A DNA stretch of 49,559 nt from a virus (taxonomy: Duplodnaviria > Caudoviricetes): the IMG/VR virus record IMGVR_UViG_3300022719_000309, positions 1 to 49,559 of that record, one strand, 5' to 3'. Shown here piece by piece: positions 44,210 to 49,559 of this stretch. The notes beneath the pieces were generated by a model. That model did no database searches. It was not told the DNA's origin and worked only from the letters and a program-made list of their open reading frames with translations. How positions within the stretch are numbered: position 1 is the first letter of the stretch; each line of letters starts with the position of its first letter. Made by a program: the position numbers and the translations under genes.

Positions 44210-44415
44210 ACCTCTACCGGGCCCACTCCAAGTACCTCAACCGCACGGTGTACATCCGGGCGACGAGCCTCCTCGCCGCGAACCTCCGGGCCCACGAGTT
44301 CTACAAGGCGAACGTGGGGCAGCGCGGCGACGAGCAGCACCTCTACGTGCCCGACAGCGTGGAGCTCGTAGCGGGGTCCGAGGACGTGCTCACCGCCCGG
44401 GACGTGGAGGTCTAG
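44206..44415 (+). CDS. Small hypothetical protein
   Basis: TTGA overlap. Confidence 0.5.
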   Translation: MNLYRAHSKYLNRTVYIRATSLLAANLRAHEFYKANVGQRGDEQHLYVPDSVELVAGSEDVLTARDVEV

Positions 44416-44416
44416 G

Positions 44417-44701
44417 GTGAACCACACCCTCTACCACTGCTGGCCCTACGACGCGCGCATCTCCGTCGCGAGCTGCTCCGCCAACTCCGAGCGCGCGCGG
44501 GCGCTCCACGCGGGCGAGGTGAAGCCCCGGGAGCGCACCGACGAGGAGATCCGCTTCATCTCCGGGCAGAAGGCCCGGCTGCGATCCTGTCTGACCTGCC
44601 CCGGCGTGCGCGCGCTCGCGCGCCGCGGGGCCAAGCCGCCGGAGGTCGTCCCATTCGTCCCCGGCATGGAGGCTCGTCCGTGGCCGAATCCTACGGCGTG
44701 A
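44417..44701 (+). CDS. Cys-containing hypothetical protein
   Basis: GGAGG RBS. C..C...CLTCPGV. Confidence 0.55.
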   Translation: MNHTLYHCWPYDARISVASCSANSERARALHAGEVKPRERTDEEIRFISGQKARLRSCLTCPGVRALARRGAKPPEVVPFVPGMEARPWPNPTA

Positions 44702-45129
44702 AGTCGATCACGCTCTACGACAAGCGCAAGGTGAACCCGGAGACGCTACTCCGGATCAGCCAGGCGAAGGACCAGGAGATGATCGGCGTCGAGCCCTCGG
44801 AGCTCGACTCGTTCAAGAGCCTGATCCTGTTCATCCCCCAGGACGAGCCCATGGTGAAGGCTGCGAAGGAGCGCTACGAGCGCGCCACCCGCGAGGCCGA
44901 CGCCGCCGCCCAGCAGGCCACCGAGGCGGCAGAGCGAGCCCGCAACGCCACCCGCGAGGCCGCCGAGGCCGAGGAGCGCGCCCGCAGCGCGCGCGCCCAG
45001 GCGAAGGAGGTCCGCGAGCGCCGCGGCGACCCCGAGCCGGAGCCCGCGACCCCGGACCTCCCCGAGCCCGACACCGACGGCGAGGACGCGCTGGCGCAGC
45101 TCGAGGACGCGGCGAAGGGCGGGAAGTGA
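44680..45129 (+). CDS. Coiled-coil hypothetical protein
   Basis: GGAGG RBS. ATREA repeats. Confidence 0.6.
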   Translation: MAESYGVKSITLYDKRKVNPETLLRISQAKDQEMIGVEPSELDSFKSLILFIPQDEPMVKAAKERYERATREADAAAQQATEAAERARNATREAAEAEERARSARAQAKEVRERRGDPEPEPATPDLPEPDTDGEDALAQLEDAAKGGK

Positions 45130-45446
45130 AGCCCGCCCGCTACAAGCGCGAGACCCACGAGATCGAGGCGCTCCAGTACACGGGCGAGAACCTCGACCAG
45201 GTCCGCGAGTACGTGGGGAAAGGGCTCGTCCACGTCGAGCGCAAGGAGACGGAGACCATCGAGGGCACCCCTGGCTGCCGGGAGGAGCGTGAGGTCGTGG
45301 TCCTCGGCTTCGACCACCCGCTCCACCACCAGCGCAACATCTACCCCGGCTGGTGGTTTGCGAAGAAGGGGCCGCACCTCATTCTCGCCATGAGCGACCG
45401 GCGCTTCCAAGAGGAGTACACGCCCGTGGAGGTCGCCGAGTCGTGA
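45126..45446 (+). CDS. Conserved phage protein (IEALQYTG.N ... PG.W ... F...Y family)
   Basis: Recognisable small phage beta-domain pattern. Confidence 0.6.
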   Translation: MKPARYKRETHEIEALQYTGENLDQVREYVGKGLVHVERKETETIEGTPGCREEREVVVLGFDHPLHHQRNIYPGWWFAKKGPHLILAMSDRRFQEEYTPVEVAES

Positions 45447-45874
45447 CGACCCGCTACACGAGCGAGGGTCCGACCACCATCGCCTTCGAGAACGGCATGG
45501 GCAGCATGGGCAGGACGGTGGAGATGCACCCCGCCATGCTCCTCGACCCGACGGGCCTCGACTGGCTGCGCGCCGCGTGGCTCCTGGCCCCGACGCTCTT
45601 CGAGAGTCGGCTCGTGGTGACGAGCCTTTTCGACGGAGAGCACTCGGACGGGAGCTTCCACTACGCGGGCTTCGGCGGCGACGTGCGCTGGACGCTCGCC
45701 CGCCCCGGCGGCGTCTGGGTCGACGGGCCGATGCGCACCTCGCCGGCGGGGCTCGTGGAGCGCCAGCGCGTGATCGCGGCGCCCTGGGCGAATCGCTGCC
45801 TGCTCGCCCTCCGCGGGCGCTGGCAGGTGATGATCAAGAACGACCACATCCACTTCGAGAGGGATCCCCGATGA
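45443..45874 (+). CDS. Peptidase M15-like (DD-peptidase/hedgehog fold) candidate endolysin
   Basis: VTS..DGEH..GSFHYAG.G.DVR and DHIHFE zinc-ligand motifs. Confidence 0.75.
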   Translation: MTTRYTSEGPTTIAFENGMGSMGRTVEMHPAMLLDPTGLDWLRAAWLLAPTLFESRLVVTSLFDGEHSDGSFHYAGFGGDVRWTLARPGGVWVDGPMRTSPAGLVERQRVIAAPWANRCLLALRGRWQVMIKNDHIHFERDPR

Positions 45875-46203
45875 ACGACGCGCAGACGACCGAAGCCACC
45901 CAGGCCGTGCCCGCCGGCGGCCCGCCGCCCGAGCCCAGCCCCTACAGCGACCTCCCGGCCGGGCTCCAGCCCCCGCCGCCCAAGCCGCGCCCGAGCCCCG
46001 AGGACGTGGAGTACCGCGGGAAGGCCCGGAAGCGCGTCGAGAAGATCCAGCGCGAGCTCGACGGGCTCGTGCGCGACGCCATGAAGCGCAACCGGCTGGT
46101 GGCCTCCTCGGGAGACGTCTACCGGGCGCTCGAGGTCGTGGTGCGCAGCGTCGAGCACGCGCGCGACAAGGTGAGCCAGCAGCCGGAGCTCACCTTCGAG
46201 TAG
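45871..46203 (+). CDS. Hypothetical protein
   Basis: ATGA overlap. Pro-rich then helical. Confidence 0.55.
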   Translation: MNDAQTTEATQAVPAGGPPPEPSPYSDLPAGLQPPPPKPRPSPEDVEYRGKARKRVEKIQRELDGLVRDAMKRNRLVASSGDVYRALEVVVRSVEHARDKVSQQPELTFE

Positions 46204-46212
46204 GCTCTCCCC

Positions 46213-46692
46213 ATGGGCACGAAGTCCGGGAGCCGGAAGCACGCCGGGGCGCGGGGCGCGCGGCAGCCCCTCGCGCACCCGGACCTCGTCGCCCAGACGC
46301 AGGCCGCGCTCGAGTCGCTCGAGCAGGGCGAGGTCGACGAGGCGCTCCAGCTCGCCCGCGACAGCCGCGTCGACGCCGTGAAGAAGCTCAAGACGCTCAT
46401 GAACAGCCCGAAAGCGTCGAAGTCCGTGCAGCGCCAGTGCGCGCGCGACATCCTCGAGTACGCAGACCGCGCGAAGATCGGGCAGCCCCCGGCCGGTCCG
46501 GCCGGCGGCGGGGGCGGTGGGCTCACCGTCAACATCTACAACCTGACCGACGGCAGCATCGAGTCCACCAAGCGCTTCGAGAAGGAGGTGCGCGACATCG
46601 AGGCGGAGGCGCTCGGGGCCTTCGAGGAGATCGCGCCCGAGCCTACGGAGCAGGACGAGATCCAGCCCTCGTTCGCGCCGGAGGGGCCGTGA
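46213..46692 (+). CDS. Probable terminase small subunit
   Basis: LAR...DAVKKL..LM......VQ...ARDILE helical pattern with G-rich/LTVNI tail. Lies upstream of terL on the circle. Confidence 0.55.
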   Translation: MGTKSGSRKHAGARGARQPLAHPDLVAQTQAALESLEQGEVDEALQLARDSRVDAVKKLKTLMNSPKASKSVQRQCARDILEYADRAKIGQPPAGPAGGGGGGLTVNIYNLTDGSIESTKRFEKEVRDIEAEALGAFEEIAPEPTEQDEIQPSFAPEGP

Positions 46693-46886
46693 CCACGCCC
46701 GAGGAGGTCGTGGCCGGCCTCATGGAGACCTGCGACTACTGCTCGGCCGCGACCTGCTGCGGCGCCGTCGCGCCAGGGGTCTTCCCGAGGAGCTGCACCC
46801 GGGAGCCCGGCCACCCGCCGGACTACCACGTCGCCTGCGGAGACCGCCACGAGGAGCGCCGGTGGCCCGTCTCCTCGTCGGGCTGA
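46689..46886 (+). CDS. Small Cys/His-rich protein
   Basis: CDYC...CCGA...CTREPGH...H. Confidence 0.5.
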   Translation: MTTPEEVVAGLMETCDYCSAATCCGAVAPGVFPRSCTREPGHPPDYHVACGDRHEERRWPVSSSG

Positions 46887-46945
46887 CCGTCGCGCTCGGG
46901 GCCGGGGTCGTCACCGCGCTCCTCCTGCGGCTCGCCACCGGGTAG
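46862..46945 (+). CDS. 27-aa hydrophobic peptide MARLLVGLTVALGAGVVTALLLRLATG
   Basis: GAGGAG RBS. Single TM helix. Confidence 0.45.
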   Translation: MARLLVGLTVALGAGVVTALLLRLATG

Positions 46946-46981
46946 GCGATCGGCGAAGCTATCCCGGAAGGAGGGACGCCC

Positions 46982-47446
46982 ATGCTCCGCTACCTGGCTC
47001 TCATCGCCCTGCTCGCGGCCGCCTGCCCGGCGCCGGCCTACGCGCAGAGCTCCATCGACAACTTCTCGGACTGCCCGGAGGTGGCGGGGCTCCCGGGGAG
47101 CGCCGGCACCCAGACGGTGGCCGCGCCCGGCGACAAGGCGTGCTTCGACTTCGACTCGGACGTCTCGGCGGGCTTCGAGTCGGGCGGCGTCTTCGTGATG
47201 AACGGGCCGGCCACCATCTGCCTCGACCCCGACCTCAACGGCACCGGAGGCTCGGCGGTCGTCGACATCCAGCGCTGCGTGACCGAGGCGGTGGGCGACG
47301 CCACCTGCTCGGACACCGGCGCCGCCGACCTCACTCTCTCCTCGTCCAACACCTGCGCAGCCGTCCACCGCGGGACCTGGAGGCTTGAGGTCACGACGCC
47401 GCCCAGCGGCACCGAGGACGCCCGCGTCGAGATCCGGAGGTACTGA
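46982..47446 (+). CDS. Exported Cys-rich beta protein (154 aa)
   Basis: Signal peptide MLRYLALIALLAAACPAPAYA-Q. Six Cys in the mature part. GGAGG RBS. Confidence 0.82.
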   Translation: MLRYLALIALLAAACPAPAYAQSSIDNFSDCPEVAGLPGSAGTQTVAAPGDKACFDFDSDVSAGFESGGVFVMNGPATICLDPDLNGTGGSAVVDIQRCVTEAVGDATCSDTGAADLTLSSSNTCAAVHRGTWRLEVTTPPSGTEDARVEIRRY

Positions 47447-47542
47447 CAACATGCGCACCTTCCTTCTCCTCCTCGCGACCCTCCTCCTTGCGGCGCCGGC
47501 GGGTGCGGATTCGGCCTTCCCCGGACCCGCGTACCCGGAGCG
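47361..47542 (+). repeat. Left flank repeat, copy 2
   Basis: Matches 1-182. Confidence 0.97.
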
Positions 47543-49436
47543 CGGTGGAGAGGAGGGGGGGCTGGCTCCCGGTGTCGCGAACGGGACCGCCAATCTGGAC
47601 ACCTTCCGCTGGATCTGGGGACTCCAGCGCGTCCCGTTCCCGGATCGCATCGACGACGGCCAGTGGACCGACCTCTACTTCTCGCACGACGCCGGTGGTC
47701 TGTGGCCGCAAGGCGACGACACGAACAACGGACTGTCTCCGTTGGAGCCGAAGGAAACCCTCGCCGAGTGGAAGGTCGAGTGCCTCAAGCCCTTCGTGCG
47801 CTGCAACGACGATCCGGGCGACAACCGCACGAACGCAGACGGTGCGGATGCGATCTTCGGGGTGATCGCAGACGCCGACGTGGACGTCACCGGGTGCCCG
47901 ACGTCCAGCTTTCGCGCAGCGCATGAGCAGCCGTGCTTCTGGTGGCGTTCGGGCAGCCCCAGCACAACTCAGCTCTGGGACTTCTCTGGCGTTTCGGGGG
48001 GAACGACGCTCGACATCGCGACGATCACCAAGCGCGCGCATCTGCTGATCGAGGGAATCAGCATCACGGGGGAGGACCAGTCTTTCACCGGGGTAGGGAC
48101 GCCGCCAATCGACACCCACGAGATCGGAATGATTTCCGTGGTCGGGAATCTCACTCTCGACTACGCGGGTGCGCCCGGTGGTACTGGGAACGTCCTCTCT
48201 GCGCACGACGTCTCGCACACCGCGGCTTACGGTGACGTCACGTTGCAATACTCCGGCACCTCGACCAGTGGCGGAAGCCCGGCCATCGTGGCGAACGTCT
48301 CCGGGGCGGTCGCCTATCACAGTGCAAACCAGGTCGTTGGGTGTCTGGAGTGTGAGGGGTTCTCGCTCAATCAGTCGACAGGCAACCCCGCTTCGTCGCT
48401 CGACGCCGAGGCCCTCGTCACCCCGCTTCAAGCGTTCATCTCCGGCTCGCACATCCAGACCGACGGAAACGGCACGAATATTCACGAGCTGGGGAGGGTG
48501 ACGGCAGACGACACCGGCGGGAACCGGAGCGACCACGTCGTTGCTGTGCTGCTCGGTACTGCCCTCGAAACGACAAACGTGGGCGTCTCCTCTTCGCTGA
48601 TCCAGATCAATGCTACCGGCGCCAGCAGCCGCGGCGAGCTGCGAATCCTCTACCCCACCTTCATGGCGACAGGTGTAGACGATCCCACGTTTACTTTCGT
48701 GAGCAATATCATCGAGTCGGCCGCCGACTACGACATCGTTGTGGCCGGATGCATCCTCGAACCGAACGCCGACAGCTTCAACGCCGGTAGCCTCGTGCGT
48801 ATCGACGACGACGACTGGGCGGGCAGCGCGAGCAACAGCCTACGCTTTGTGGACTGTCTATACGACCCGAATCAGATCGATCTGTTTCGCATCGGAACCG
48901 CCGGAGGCGATTGCCTGGAGGACGATCCGGCGGCGATGGAGATCTGCTACTCAGCTCTGCCGAGCGGTAATGCGGCGACCCTGGACCTCGACAACAACGT
49001 CGATCCGGTGTCGCTCGATGCGACCGGGACCGTGGACTCCGCCACCTCGACGACGATCACCGTGGCCGGCACACCGTGGTCCGCGAACGAGTGGACGGAC
49101 GCGATCGTCCGCATGACTTCGGGGAGCGCGTCGCCGCTCCCGCGTCGGGTCACGAGCAACACCACCAGTCAGCTCACGTTCTCCCCGGCGATGGGAACGA
49201 CACCCTCCGGCACGGACACGTTCTCGATCGAGCACTACGTGGACGTCGCGGGCCGGTGCGCGACAGACGAGGACGCCGACTGTGAGTCGCACCCTGTGGC
49301 TGGCAGCGACTACCAGTTCGCGCTCCCGGAACGTATCCAGATCCCGTCGTTCATCACTGGAGAGCGAGTGACTCGGATCGACGTCAGCCAGCCTGACGCG
49401 GGGCGTTCTGCACCGGAGCCTTGGGCGACCCGATAG
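47451..49436 (+). CDS. Large acidic, Cys-rich exported protein, allele B (661 aa)
   Basis: Near-identical signal peptide to 91-2496. Divergent but colinear motifs. Confidence 0.88.
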   Translation: MRTFLLLLATLLLAAPAGADSAFPGPAYPERGGEEGGLAPGVANGTANLDTFRWIWGLQRVPFPDRIDDGQWTDLYFSHDAGGLWPQGDDTNNGLSPLEPKETLAEWKVECLKPFVRCNDDPGDNRTNADGADAIFGVIADADVDVTGCPTSSFRAAHEQPCFWWRSGSPSTTQLWDFSGVSGGTTLDIATITKRAHLLIEGISITGEDQSFTGVGTPPIDTHEIGMISVVGNLTLDYAGAPGGTGNVLSAHDVSHTAAYGDVTLQYSGTSTSGGSPAIVANVSGAVAYHSANQVVGCLECEGFSLNQSTGNPASSLDAEALVTPLQAFISGSHIQTDGNGTNIHELGRVTADDTGGNRSDHVVAVLLGTALETTNVGVSSSLIQINATGASSRGELRILYPTFMATGVDDPTFTFVSNIIESAADYDIVVAGCILEPNADSFNAGSLVRIDDDDWAGSASNSLRFVDCLYDPNQIDLFRIGTAGGDCLEDDPAAMEICYSALPSGNAATLDLDNNVDPVSLDATGTVDSATSTTITVAGTPWSANEWTDAIVRMTSGSASPLPRRVTSNTTSQLTFSPAMGTTPSGTDTFSIEHYVDVAGRCATDEDADCESHPVAGSDYQFALPERIQIPSFITGERVTRIDVSQPDAGRSAPEPWATR

Positions 49437-49437
49437 G

Positions 49438-49559
49438 ATGCCCCTCGCCGACACCCCCACCACGATCGCCTGCGCGCTCCCCCGCGATCCCGCAACGGGC
49501 GCCGTCCACGTCCACCAGCTCACCGCCGAGGTGTGCTGCACGGGCGAGGGGGACGGCTT
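49438..49559 (+). repeat. Right flank repeat, copy 2 (5' part of the PEP-CTERM-like gene, truncated by the window end)
   Basis: Matches 2496-2617 with one mismatch. Confidence 0.95.

Larger units (their letters stand above)
1..47360. mobile_element. Complete circularly permuted tailed phage genome (podovirus-like gene layout)
   Basis: Terminase, portal, scaffold, capsid, adaptor, nozzle, ejection and tailspike genes occur in canonical order with no tape measure or sheath gene. Sequence from position 1 recurs at 47361. Confidence 0.92.

Noticed and set aside
1-49559. Physical direct terminal repeats (T7-like ends)
   Set aside because: The repeated flanks enclose different alleles and cut through genes. 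This fits a circular assembly passing a bubble better than real genome termini.

Overview
The window is an apparently complete, very GC-rich tailed-phage genome with a short-tail (podovirus-like) gene layout. It reads as a circle of 47,360 bp (position 1 = position 47361), and one locus appears twice. The two ends carry the same flanks around two highly divergent alleles of a large signal-peptide-bearing protein (91-2496 and 47451-49436). Gene order: terminase large subunit, portal, scaffold, major capsid, adaptor and nozzle, ejection proteins (including a 2383-aa polyvalent protein), two tail adhesins, membrane/lysis genes, RecT- and RecE-like genes, HTH regulators, a PAPS-reductase-like gene, RadC/JAB, many small ORFs, an Acb2/Tad1-like protein, an M15 peptidase and a probable small terminase. 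I recognise no integrase, polymerase, primase or helicase. Main findings: (1) a cassette between terS and terL encoding exported Cys-rich proteins (one hypervariable), a PEP-CTERM-tailed protein and a sulfotransferase; (2) a compact tRNA-like cloverleaf with a CUA (amber) anticodon and tRNA-Pyl-like geometry, alongside many TAG stops followed in frame by the next gene; (3) XerCD dif-like and parS-like sites in the non-coding region, suggesting use of host machinery; (4) a sliding-clamp (DnaN)-like segment inside the giant ejection protein; (5) a 14-bp palindromic operator present seven times. All protein calls come from motif recognition by eye, with no database searches.
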